Assembly (NCBI GenBank): GCA_023334545.1
Contig: JAADVB010000059.1
Span: 1-64,000 of the forward strand
DNA: 64,000 nt
Direction of reading: 5' to 3'
From: Salisapilia sapeloensis CBS 127946
Taxonomy: Eukaryota; Protista; Oomycota
The notes beneath the pieces were generated by a model that had not been told where the DNA came from, searched no databases, and saw nothing but the letters and a program-made list of their open reading frames with translations. Both the position numbers and the translations under genes were made by a program. Below, piece by piece: positions 11,806-21,804 of the stretch (positions within the stretch are counted from its first letter, which is position 1; each line of letters starts with the position of its first letter).

Positions 11806-14343
11806 ATGGAAATGGACAGCCTCTTCCTCGCCGATACGGTGGATTTTGCTAGGTATCGGTATGGGTTCATTTCTCAGACTTGGAATTTGTATGGAAGCTC
11901 ACAAATGGCTGAAAAGACCACCAATGGAAAGGGTAGTGGAGACACTCGTCTCCAGTGGCTGCGACGGATAAATGACGCGGTCAGTACTGCCACTAGGCAA
12001 GTCTTCCAGTCGGCACCATCCGTGCAACGCAATAGGCGCTTTGGATTGACTGGAAATGCACCGAAATTACCAGAACTGGAGCCGATTTTGGAGCTAGTCC
12101 GGTTTCCATCCACTTGTGTAACTGGCAAGAAACGTAAGCGACACATTCGCTTCGTTCGAGATATTCTGAGAGATCCTAAAGTGCAATGGCTTAGTCGAAG
12201 TTCCATTGAAAGTGGTGTATGCAATGCTTTGTGCCGAGAGCTACTATCTTATGTCGAAAATGCTCGAAGTCAGGAGCAGGAAGCAGATGTAGCACACGGT
12301 GATGCTGTGGCTGCAATGATCTGCCATATCATACTCGATTCATTGCTGTCTACGTGTGACAACTTGATGGGCAAATGTAGTGTACCATGTCAGTGGAAGT
12401 TCCTGGAGAAACCTCCGTTTCATGCCATGCCGTGTTTCTCACGATGGGAGACACTGCTTCCACTACTACAACGTTTAGCTGTCGAGGAACCTGCTATATT
12501 GGATCAAGTTGTCCAGTGCTACACTGTCGTCCCAATGGCCAAGGTCAATTGCTACTTTGCACATGCATACGGATTATGTCGGTTACTTGAGACGCTCGCA
12601 GCTACCGACAGCGATCTACATTCCCAGCATGCACAAACCTCCAGTACCATCCTTTCGTTTATTATCAATAAGCGAGTGCTTCGGATCGTACAAGAAGAAG
12701 ATGAACTCTCTGATTCGACCGCAAGTTTTGACGATTTACTTTTCTCGAAATTCTTTCACTACTTACAAAACTACTTGGTCATCTCCAAGACAGCAAAAAA
12801 CATTGCATCCCAGGCGCTCGTAAGCTCACTCGTTTCCACGCTGAAAACAAGTACATTCTCAATGTCAAAGACGATGCGAATCCGATGCGGCTACTTTGCA
12901 ACTACAGCCTGCATCCAAATAAGTGAATTCCCGTCTCTGATGATAGAGCAGGTACTCGCTATGGTCGATGCAAGAGGTGAGGGCGAAGAGGATGCAGCAT
13001 CTAGCAAGCAATTAGCAATCCTTGGATTTCTATCCAATCTCTGCGCCCACGTAGATAACATTGAGCTGGCAAATATCTTCCAGGTGCTCCAGAGCATCCT
13101 CGCATGCTACCAGCAAAAGCAGATAGACGAACAGACCAGACTCGCGTTTTTGTTCTTGATACTATATGTAGCTGTCCATCGCTACAAGCTACTTCCACCT
13201 CCAGCTGTATTTAATGAAGACAATGACTTCCAAGTACAAGCGAGTATTCGAGCATTACAATTGCAACGAACAAAGTTTCAGGACCACGTCCTCGTCTACG
13301 TCGAATACGAGGACTTCTACCTCATGCCAGTTCATTGGATGCAAATCTTTTGGCAGCACTGGTTCCTATTGCTAGACGCAGACATCCAGTCATTCCTACG
13401 TGATGCGATTGCATTCCAAGTTGACAGGACGACTAATGTTCAGACGCCAAAGAGAGCATGGAAACATGTCTTACGTCTCTTACCACTACGTAAGCATTTG
13501 CATCCTGCATCTGTCAACCTTGGCAAAATCATCTACCCTCACCTTGTCCAACCCGTTCCTTTCGAGCCACTCTCAAGCAATCCAGAGATGCAGTCGAGAA
13601 AGCATTTTATACAGCAGGAGTGTAAGCGACAGCTGAAGCGAAGGCGAGTCGAGACTTTTGAAACGGAGGAAGAAATGACGCGGAAATTGAACGTTCTACT
13701 GCTTCCAGACATAATGGAGCGTGTTTGCTCCTACCTGACGGCCAAGCGATTGTGTCGAATGTCTCTCGTTTCACGTGACTTTTATCCGATTGTACAGAAC
13801 CCGCAAGTATGGAAGCACGTGTGGTTTCAACTGACGAAAGACTTTCCAGTGGTGTGTCACCACGGTCCGTGTTACGTACATGATTGGAAGGAGATGTATA
13901 AAGAGCGTCTTCGATCTGTATCCAAGCTGCGTAAAGGACCGCTCGTGAGCCGAAGGAAGCCTGTGCATGCAACAACTGATAGTGCTTTCGATTCATCAAG
14001 TGACCCAAATCAACGGCGGCTGTGGAAGATCTGTACAGTATGCGGATGTAATCGTATTCTTTCAACTCCTACCAAGTTACTAGACCATTTAGAAGTGCAT
14101 GAGCAGTTCACTTGCACAGACGAATCTTGCCGTGCGTCGTTTACGTCTAAAAAGCTTTGGACAGAACATATCAAATCCAATCACACGTTAAAGGAGATGG
14201 ATGCGGCGAAGCAAACGAAGGATGACAGTGGGAAGTTCTTGTGTGGTTTTCCAGGTTGCAAGAAAGTATATACATCCGTCCTGTGGCTTCAAAAGCATCG
14301 AGAGAAACAAGGACATTTCGCAAGCGAAGAGACGAACGAATAG
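11806..14343 (+). CDS. Large protein with a central-to-C-terminal F-box and three C2H2 zinc fingers
   Basis: F-box LLLPDIMERVCSYLTAKRLCRMSLVSRDF...W. Fingers CTVCGC...HLEVH, CTDESC...HIKSNH and CGFPGC...HREKQGH. Intronless 845 aa. Confidence 0.85.
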   Translation: MEMDSLFLADTVDFARYRYGFISQTWNLYGSSQMAEKTTNGKGSGDTRLQWLRRINDAVSTATRQVFQSAPSVQRNRRFGLTGNAPKLPELEPILELVRFPSTCVTGKKRKRHIRFVRDILRDPKVQWLSRSSIESGVCNALCRELLSYVENARSQEQEADVAHGDAVAAMICHIILDSLLSTCDNLMGKCSVPCQWKFLEKPPFHAMPCFSRWETLLPLLQRLAVEEPAILDQVVQCYTVVPMAKVNCYFAHAYGLCRLLETLAATDSDLHSQHAQTSSTILSFIINKRVLRIVQEEDELSDSTASFDDLLFSKFFHYLQNYLVISKTAKNIASQALVSSLVSTLKTSTFSMSKTMRIRCGYFATTACIQISEFPSLMIEQVLAMVDARGEGEEDAASSKQLAILGFLSNLCAHVDNIELANIFQVLQSILACYQQKQIDEQTRLAFLFLILYVAVHRYKLLPPPAVFNEDNDFQVQASIRALQLQRTKFQDHVLVYVEYEDFYLMPVHWMQIFWQHWFLLLDADIQSFLRDAIAFQVDRTTNVQTPKRAWKHVLRLLPLRKHLHPASVNLGKIIYPHLVQPVPFEPLSSNPEMQSRKHFIQQECKRQLKRRRVETFETEEEMTRKLNVLLLPDIMERVCSYLTAKRLCRMSLVSRDFYPIVQNPQVWKHVWFQLTKDFPVVCHHGPCYVHDWKEMYKERLRSVSKLRKGPLVSRRKPVHATTDSAFDSSSDPNQRRLWKICTVCGCNRILSTPTKLLDHLEVHEQFTCTDESCRASFTSKKLWTEHIKSNHTLKEMDAAKQTKDDSGKFLCGFPGCKKVYTSVLWLQKHREKQGHFASEETNE

Positions 14344-14400
14344 AGACTTCTATTTTTATCATTCAGACTTTGTTCTTCCTGTCTATACGAATTGTGCACA

Positions 14401-15730
14401 ATGCAAGCTAGTCTTCCTGACCCGACGACTACAAGAGATGTCATATACGCGGCAGTTTTCCGCATGAACCGACCACTGGACAAACAGGAAGTGAATCGCA
14501 TTTGTGACTATTTGGTGACGTAGGATACTGGTTCTTTCCTTCGCCGTCTAGTTGTATAACGAAGGTAATTTGGCTCATGTAGCAAACACTGGTTTCAGAC
14601 TGCCTATGACCTACGTGTTGCAAGATCCACGCACGAATGGCAAAGGTATGTAGCTAACATCTTACTAGATGTTTATTGCAGAAACGTTATTCGTGTACAG
14701 TTTGGAAATACCACTACGACTGAAGATTGCCATTCAAGAAGTGCTAGATGAAGCACATCCGGCGACTTCCATAGACCCAAATACATGCCAGGAACCGGTA
14801 GAACAGGAGCAACAGGCTTGTGCAAATACGGACGGAACAGGCGAATGGATCTACTCGCCAGACTATGGATGGTACTATCAGTATCCTGACCACACTATCT
14901 GGTACGGTGAAACTTCTACCGGAACGGAAGGCTATTACCAGTACTATAGTGATGCAAGTGACAGTCTACACTCTGCTTCTGCACAGTCGTCTCCTTCACG
15001 GTCTCCTCTTCGTACCGCCGTGACAGATGATTCCGTGACCAAGGAAGGACATTGGGACAATTGGGACCTAGGACAATGGAAAAATAGTCAGGATGAAGAT
15101 ACTCTACCTGATCATCAGTGTCTTGCAGTTGCACCTACACATGTTGACTCGATACAAACGAATGTGGAGCCGAGTAACACTTCCGAGTCGACCACGACGC
15201 CTATACAGAGTGATCAGGCCCAAACGACTTTGCAACCAGTTTCTGATTCGACATGGAGTTGTTCACAGTGCACATTTGTGAATTCAATGGATGAATCCTT
15301 TTGTGACGCATGCTACAACCACATCTCACTCTCCGTCGATCTCGATGGCGACTCTGTAAGTATTCCGTATCACAAAGTCTTGGCACGAACACAGTCACTA
15401 CCGAGTTATAGCGTTGCATTGGAAAGTGATGATATGCCTCCTCCTTCTCCGGCACCCACGGAAAACCTTTACCCACAAATTTACCCGTCTGCACCGCCAC
15501 TTGAGTTGTTCAACGGACAAGTGACTGAAGTAGACGGTGGTAATCGTCGATCATCTTTGTTCAAGACCAAGAGCTTGTGTGAACAACACGTGAAGCCCGT
15601 CGAATCTAACATGGACTACCTAGCTATGGCATTTAATCGTCCACCATCGCCCGTGAAGGGTACACAAAGCACAGTCAATGCAGTAGCAACTGATGCAAAG
15701 CATCAAACGAAACGAAAGCTTTTTAGCTAA
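14401..15730 (+). CDS. RanBP2-type zinc-finger protein with Tyr-rich and Ser/Pro-rich regions (3 exons)
   Basis: WSCSQCTFVNSMDESFCDAC is a RanBP2/NZF finger. Two upstream exons from ATG 14401 (MQASLPDPTTTRDVIYAAVF...CDYL | LYNEGNL...NGK | ETLFVYS) splice in frame through GT-AG introns. Confidence 0.75.
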
Positions 15731-16157
15731 TGAATAAAGGAGATTAAAATGAAGCAGCAAGGATATCATAACACGTCTACTTTCTTTCCATTCCTTCGTG
15801 CAACTGCATTTGCATGCACGCTTTGTTCGATCTAGGATCCTCCATCTATTTCCGCTATCTTCAAGTTGCTTTCCAACATCATAGAAAGAAGATAAATATA
15901 GTCATACTCTCCGTTATAGCTACCTCTACATCCTTTACCATCTCTCTGTATCTACCTAAGACTCTTCTACATCTAAATCCTCTTCTTCAAAATAGCCATG
16001 GGTCGACCACCAGCTCTACCTCGAACTAAATGCCCGACCTTCACTCGCCAAACCTCGTTCTCAGTATATGTTGTAAACTTCAGCCTTTTCCGAACCAAAC
16101 CAACAATTCCTCCTAAGTTTCCTCATAAATCAAGAATCCCCGTGCGACGCAAGCGTG

Positions 16158-19100
16158 ATGGGGGTCAAGGGTCTCCAGACCTTTTGCTTCAACCACGAGG
16201 ATGAGCTATCGACTTTCCTCGACAAGATCTCCAACGTCACGCTTGCCGTCGACTACGATGGTTTCGTCAACTACTTGTGTGAACGTCTGTACGTAGCTGC
16301 TGCCACGGAAAGCGGGCTTTCGTCTCGCGCCTGGTTGCTCTTCGGTGGATGTCCTGACCGGCTTGAAGCGTGGATCACGACGTGGCTCAATGCTATGAAG
16401 AAGCAAGATATTAGTCTCATCTTTGTCCGTGACCCACCACGTTGTTTCGGTGGAGAAGCACAGGCGCATCGAAAAGGATGGACGTGGGTGGACCGAAATG
16501 CGCAAAAGAACAAGCGTGTTGCGAAACTAGTAGATCAGTTATTCTCGTCAGCGTCTGGGGAAATGTGCATGACCACGAGCAACGTCAAGGAGACTGAAAA
16601 TTTATTACATGGCGCGAATGGCGTATTTCCTTTTGCTAGCGAAAAGCTGCGTGGCACTTTGATGAAGCACGGTATTTCCGTCCGCCTTGCTCAACGTGAA
16701 GCAGATGAAGATCTAGCTCAACTCGTACGGACCGATAAGGCGTATGCAGTGCTTGGTCAGGACTCGGATTTCTTTTGCATGCCATCTGTTCGATACATCC
16801 CTTTTAGCTACATTGAGGTGCCGATGATGCACTCTGAGAGTCCTCCAAAAGCACGTATCTTCTATTCTACCATTTTAGCGCAGGCGCTTGGACTGGAGGA
16901 CAAGCAGCTCGTGGATCTCGCAATCGTTTGTGGCAATGACTTTACGCCTCCGATCGATGAAGAGTTTGGTCTTGCCAAAAAACTCGACTTCCCAGACCCA
17001 CGACCAACTAGATACGTGGATCCAATGGATGCGGCGGAATGGATTCGAGAGCACGGGTCTATCTGTCAGCACTTCCTATTGCCTATTTTGGAAACGCAAG
17101 CACCTGGTGTCATGACGGCTTTGTTCGAAATCTATCGTTTCTACGGGCAAGAAGACTTTTTCATGGAAAATTGCCCCGATCCGTCGGTACTACGGCCGGT
17201 GCAATTATCCAAGAAAAAGCGCAAAAGCTACTCGAGCCTTATTAACAACTTTAACTACCCTCTCATGGCTTTCGACGTCATTGAATCCAAGAACCGGCGA
17301 CTTTCGTCCAAGTACGACCCGCTCCAAGTCCATCCGTCGGCGGACGTTGGTAATAACTGGGTCGATCTACTTGCACCGGTGCGTAAGATGTTTTATTCTA
17401 CATTAAATGCCAGTCACGTCACGGAGATCGACACACGATCGGACGGTAGTAGAACGGTCGATGTGAAGATACCGAAATACCTTCAAAACTTTTTAAAACT
17501 GCCAATGGGCCAACGCTCTGGCAAAGCTCTCAATGACGTCCTTCGATCGATGGTCCTAAAAGAACTTTATGGGAACCCGAATGGCGTCGGTCCAGCCCAG
17601 TCGTTGACAGATATGTTTGGAAACCCGAATAAGAATGGCTTGGTCACGCGTACATTTGCCTACGCACTGCTGTTATTAATCAAGTGTGCCCCCTTGGACA
17701 TTGATGGCAGTCCACTAGTAACTGGTCGACGCATGGACCTGCTCTTAATTACGTCCATCGTTTGTGTGCACTCCAAGTCTGTTACTCAACGCGGTAACCA
17801 CGCTCCAAAGAACCCACCGACGCTTTTATCGGACAATCAAGTTCAGTGGGGAGATGCCGCAGTCGTTGCAGGATATATTGAGCTTTTAAGACTCGTCTAC
17901 TACATGCGCATTGTTCTTGGAGAAAAGATGCCTCCAAACGCCGGCTGCGCATCGTACTTTTCCTCTGAAGTCTTTGCCAAAGTGGCATCTACTGCAGAAC
18001 TAGCACGAGATATGTCACGTAGCAAGTCGGTTAGCTTTGAAAAGAAAGAGTTACGTATCATATTGGAAGAATTCAAGCCGCAGCTACAGATGTCGGTTGC
18101 CAATATAGCAAGTCTGTACTCCAACATTCGTGCTTCAATGGACAAAATGGTGAAATTGATGCCAAAGAAAGATCCGATTGCACAAGTCACGTCCAAACTA
18201 GATGCGATGCAACTACACGAGTCGAGTGAGAATAGTTCCGAGATGGATGCTTCCATCTCGGATGTTCCATCTACGCCAACTTCCACCAAATTATCTCCTA
18301 TCCATACGTCGCCATCCACTTCGGAAACTAGTCAGACTCCATCTCGGATGTCAAGTCTCATCCCTTCATCTGTCACCAAGAGGACATCTGCGAAAACTTC
18401 GTCTCCATCTCCAACTGCACAAACTCCTTCGCCAACATTAAGAGCACCGTCTGCAGAAATTATCAATCAGTCTCCGACTGCAGCCATGGAAGACAAGCTT
18501 TCTTCTCCCGATGAAAACGTTTCGGAAGAGCTTGCACCCACTCCACATGCCGAAAAAGATCTCACAGGTCTTATCAAAACGCTACCTGTGTATGCTCACC
18601 GACAGGAGATCATCGATACAGTATCCAAGAACCAATTGACGGTCATCCAGGGTGAAACTGGATGTGGTAAAAGCACGAGCGTTCCGCAATTCTTGTACGA
18701 TGCGTGGACGGAACGGAACCAATCTGTGAATGTGTATGTGACGCAACCTCGTCGTATCGCTGCCATCGAACTCGCATCGACTGTCGCCAAGATGCGGAAG
18801 AACAATAAGCAAGGGGAGGATGGAAAGCTTGGTAGCACGATTGGTTACCGTATTGGTCAGAAACAGGTCGTGTCGTCCAAGACCAAGATCACGTATGTCA
18901 CGACAGGGTACATGGTAGAACGTCTGATCCACAATGCCGAATCCCTTCAGTCCGTCACGCACATTGTTCTCGATGAAGTCCATGAACGCAGCATGGATGT
19001 CGACTTGCTCCTCCTTCTCCTGCGCCTAAACGCTGCCAATTACCCCAATCTCCGCCTCGTCATCATGTCTGCTACCATGGACGCACGAGTGATCGTAAAA

Positions 19101-21671
19101 TACTTTAAGCAGCATCTGGCTGCTCCCCTCCTCCGCGCAAAGCCTTTATTCGTCGGAACGAAATTGTATCCGGTCGAATATGTTTTCTTAGATAAGCTAA
19201 AGCAGTACTTCCCAGAGATGGCTCGATCTTATGGCAAGAAAATTAATGAAGTGACGAACCATTGCGGAAAGCTCGTGAGCCAAAACGCAATGGCAGGAAG
19301 TGACGTGGCGCGTCAAGCGATTTCGAAGACACATCAAGCGCAGCTTGAATTGATTCCACATATGGTGCGCAGTCTTATCGAGAAGCATCGTCAGGATAAA
19401 GACCATCGGCTGCCGGAATCGCAGTGTATCCTCATCTTTGTCCCTGGCATCAACAGCATCAATACGCTATACGAGACGCTGTCTCCCATGACGCCGAGGT
19501 ACAATGGCGAGCCTGTCCGACTGCTCGTCCTCCACTCTGGTATTGAGCTCGAGAACCAGGAAGAAGCGTTCCAAGTGCACTCTGGTCGAGCGACGAAGAT
19601 TGTGCTATCGACAAACATTGCCGAGAGTAGTGTGACGATCCCAGATGTTACGCATGTGATTAATTGCGGCGTGGAAAAGAATATTGAAATGCCCAACGCT
19701 GGTAGTAGTCATGCAGAAGTGCTAGTGGACGCCTGGTGTTCTCGAGCGTCCGCTAAGCAACGCTCTGGTCGTGCTGGACGTGTCATGCCAGGCACTGCCT
19801 TCCATCTCATGCCGGAAGAGTTCTTCACCAAGTGTCTAGCCGAGTACTCGACGCCTGAGATCTTGCGTAAGCCCCTTGATCGAACGATTTTGCTATTGAA
19901 AGCCAAGATGAAGGATTATGGTATCCCGAGTGATCTCTTAGCCGAGACACTGAATGCGCCGAGTAAGCAAAATGTCGCTGGTGCATACAGACTGTTGGCT
20001 CGACATGAAGCGTTGGATAGTGACATCGAGACGAAGGCGGAGATGACTCGCTTTGGTGAATTCGTATGCCACATCCCGTTGAGCCTAGAGCTCTGTCGAT
20101 TGTTGATGACAGGTATGTTCGTATCGACAAAGGAGGAAAAAAGTAGTAAGCAAAGCTCTTGGAGGATACTACTGCACACTGTCATTCTCGTAGCTATCCT
20201 ATCAGCTGAAGATCTCTTCACGAAACCGTCGTTCTACCACGCACACAGTCCTTCTAGCTACATGGAAGACATGAAAGAAAATTTAGCTGCGAAGATGGGT
20301 CTGGATAAAGGTGAGTGGAGTGAACCACTATCTATGTGGGCATTCTATTGCCAGATCTTGAGCACGAAACCGAAGGGATTGCAGGATCGTAGGTGGAAGA
20401 TTGCCTTGACGAAGAACTGCATCTCCCATCGTCGTTTCCAGACACTCAACTTTATAGTATCAGACATTTGTGGTCGACTGGTGAGACTCGCGAGGCGAGA
20501 GGAAGGCCGGTTTGGTCAGATGCTGGATGAAGGAGCGGTCAAGATGCTCGGGAAGCTCGAGAACTATGCTTCCTCTCAGAATGCATCCGACCCGCAGCTC
20601 GTGCAAATGGCAAAGAAAGCGTTGCAGACCAACGGGGATGGACGACAGATCACACAAGCACTTCGGTTCCTCATCGTGCATAACTTTGATGAAAACTTGA
20701 TCGTCGGCAAATTCCAACCGTCGAATGCGAAGAAGTCACAAAGTGATACAGAGGAAGCGACGTTGAAACTAGGCAAGGAAGAAGCTGCGAGCTTTGCTTC
20801 GTTAAAGAGTGGGGAGAAGATGTATATGTTTGATCAGCTAGCAACGCAAGAGGAGAATGTCATCAAGGCAGTGCAAGAACAACCGACGAAAATCCGAATT
20901 ACATTCAAGGCCAATCCTCCGACGTCATCGGATATCGCGCCAGAATTTGCACTCCCGTCATTACCTATCTCTCTCTTGCACTATGTTGTCGAGAAGGGCT
21001 TCCCCGTCAACCTCGGACGAGTCGTCTCGCAGGATACGGAGCACAGTCATCGCTTCCGACTGGGAGAGACGTCGACGTGCAAAGTGACGTGGTCGCCGGT
21101 TGCCAAGCAGGGCAGTGTCTACACTACAAGTCGGAGTCTATTTGGTCTGCCGCTGCGTAACTCGGAGGCGACGCAGAAGAAGCAGGCACAGACGCAGTTC
21201 CGAGCTGTGTATGCCGAACGGACGTATCTTGGTGACGAGTCCAAGATGCATGCTGGTAAATGCACGTTGCTGCCGTCGGGTTCGGCAGGCTACTTTCCCA
21301 TCTTGCTGCTACTGACGGCGCGTCGTGGCAAGGGAGTGTTCATCCACGTTGGACAGACGACTGGACAGATTCTGGCTGTGACATTGAATGCTGTCACCAC
21401 TGCGACGATGCCGAAGGGGTATGCACTGGATTGTTCAGTGCTGGATCCAATCAATACCTGCCGTCAAGCACTATCGGACTCTTTCAATGCGAACTCGGAG
21501 TCGGACCGATTGGCCATGGAGCACATCCTTGCATTCACCGACGATGCCAACTACGTCGTGAAGAAATCCGAAGATACATTCAAGATGGTTAAGCTCAATA
21601 TGGCAGGTAGACCAGCAAGTAAGGAGGGTGAGGAGACATTTGAGAGTCGATACCCTCCCTTCGTGGGTTAA
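16158..21671 (+). CDS. Fusion of an XPG/Asteroid/FAM120-like PIN nuclease domain with a DEAH/RHA-family (TDRD9/Spindle-E-like) RNA helicase
   Basis: PIN part: MGVKGL, AVDYDG, FVRD, READEDL, GQDSDFF, CGNDF. Helicase part: GETGCGKST, TQPRRIAA, IGYRIG, DEVHERS, MSAT, IFVPG, STNIAESSVTIPDV, QRSGRAGR, plus an HA2-like segment. Single intronless ORF. Confidence 0.9.
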   Translation: MGVKGLQTFCFNHEDELSTFLDKISNVTLAVDYDGFVNYLCERLYVAAATESGLSSRAWLLFGGCPDRLEAWITTWLNAMKKQDISLIFVRDPPRCFGGEAQAHRKGWTWVDRNAQKNKRVAKLVDQLFSSASGEMCMTTSNVKETENLLHGANGVFPFASEKLRGTLMKHGISVRLAQREADEDLAQLVRTDKAYAVLGQDSDFFCMPSVRYIPFSYIEVPMMHSESPPKARIFYSTILAQALGLEDKQLVDLAIVCGNDFTPPIDEEFGLAKKLDFPDPRPTRYVDPMDAAEWIREHGSICQHFLLPILETQAPGVMTALFEIYRFYGQEDFFMENCPDPSVLRPVQLSKKKRKSYSSLINNFNYPLMAFDVIESKNRRLSSKYDPLQVHPSADVGNNWVDLLAPVRKMFYSTLNASHVTEIDTRSDGSRTVDVKIPKYLQNFLKLPMGQRSGKALNDVLRSMVLKELYGNPNGVGPAQSLTDMFGNPNKNGLVTRTFAYALLLLIKCAPLDIDGSPLVTGRRMDLLLITSIVCVHSKSVTQRGNHAPKNPPTLLSDNQVQWGDAAVVAGYIELLRLVYYMRIVLGEKMPPNAGCASYFSSEVFAKVASTAELARDMSRSKSVSFEKKELRIILEEFKPQLQMSVANIASLYSNIRASMDKMVKLMPKKDPIAQVTSKLDAMQLHESSENSSEMDASISDVPSTPTSTKLSPIHTSPSTSETSQTPSRMSSLIPSSVTKRTSAKTSSPSPTAQTPSPTLRAPSAEIINQSPTAAMEDKLSSPDENVSEELAPTPHAEKDLTGLIKTLPVYAHRQEIIDTVSKNQLTVIQGETGCGKSTSVPQFLYDAWTERNQSVNVYVTQPRRIAAIELASTVAKMRKNNKQGEDGKLGSTIGYRIGQKQVVSSKTKITYVTTGYMVERLIHNAESLQSVTHIVLDEVHERSMDVDLLLLLLRLNAANYPNLRLVIMSATMDARVIVKYFKQHLAAPLLRAKPLFVGTKLYPVEYVFLDKLKQYFPEMARSYGKKINEVTNHCGKLVSQNAMAGSDVARQAISKTHQAQLELIPHMVRSLIEKHRQDKDHRLPESQCILIFVPGINSINTLYETLSPMTPRYNGEPVRLLVLHSGIELENQEEAFQVHSGRATKIVLSTNIAESSVTIPDVTHVINCGVEKNIEMPNAGSSHAEVLVDAWCSRASAKQRSGRAGRVMPGTAFHLMPEEFFTKCLAEYSTPEILRKPLDRTILLLKAKMKDYGIPSDLLAETLNAPSKQNVAGAYRLLARHEALDSDIETKAEMTRFGEFVCHIPLSLELCRLLMTGMFVSTKEEKSSKQSSWRILLHTVILVAILSAEDLFTKPSFYHAHSPSSYMEDMKENLAAKMGLDKGEWSEPLSMWAFYCQILSTKPKGLQDRRWKIALTKNCISHRRFQTLNFIVSDICGRLVRLARREEGRFGQMLDEGAVKMLGKLENYASSQNASDPQLVQMAKKALQTNGDGRQITQALRFLIVHNFDENLIVGKFQPSNAKKSQSDTEEATLKLGKEEAASFASLKSGEKMYMFDQLATQEENVIKAVQEQPTKIRITFKANPPTSSDIAPEFALPSLPISLLHYVVEKGFPVNLGRVVSQDTEHSHRFRLGETSTCKVTWSPVAKQGSVYTTSRSLFGLPLRNSEATQKKQAQTQFRAVYAERTYLGDESKMHAGKCTLLPSGSAGYFPILLLLTARRGKGVFIHVGQTTGQILAVTLNAVTTATMPKGYALDCSVLDPINTCRQALSDSFNANSESDRLAMEHILAFTDDANYVVKKSEDTFKMVKLNMAGRPASKEGEETFESRYPPFVG

Positions 21672-21804
21672 ATAGGTACTTTGGTACGAGAATGAACGTC
21701 TATCTTTTCCATCTAACTACATTCCGCTTCGTCTTCATGACCTGTCAATTCGTGATGTCGCGCGTAATCAAGTGGATTGACCTGTCTCATTTCTGAAATA
21801 GACC

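Noticed and set aside
15731-16157. Pyrimidine-rich stretch with recurring CTCTAC/TCTACA words upstream of the PIN-helicase
   Set aside because: The copies are irregular and imperfect, consistent with low-complexity promoter or UTR sequence rather than a repeat array.
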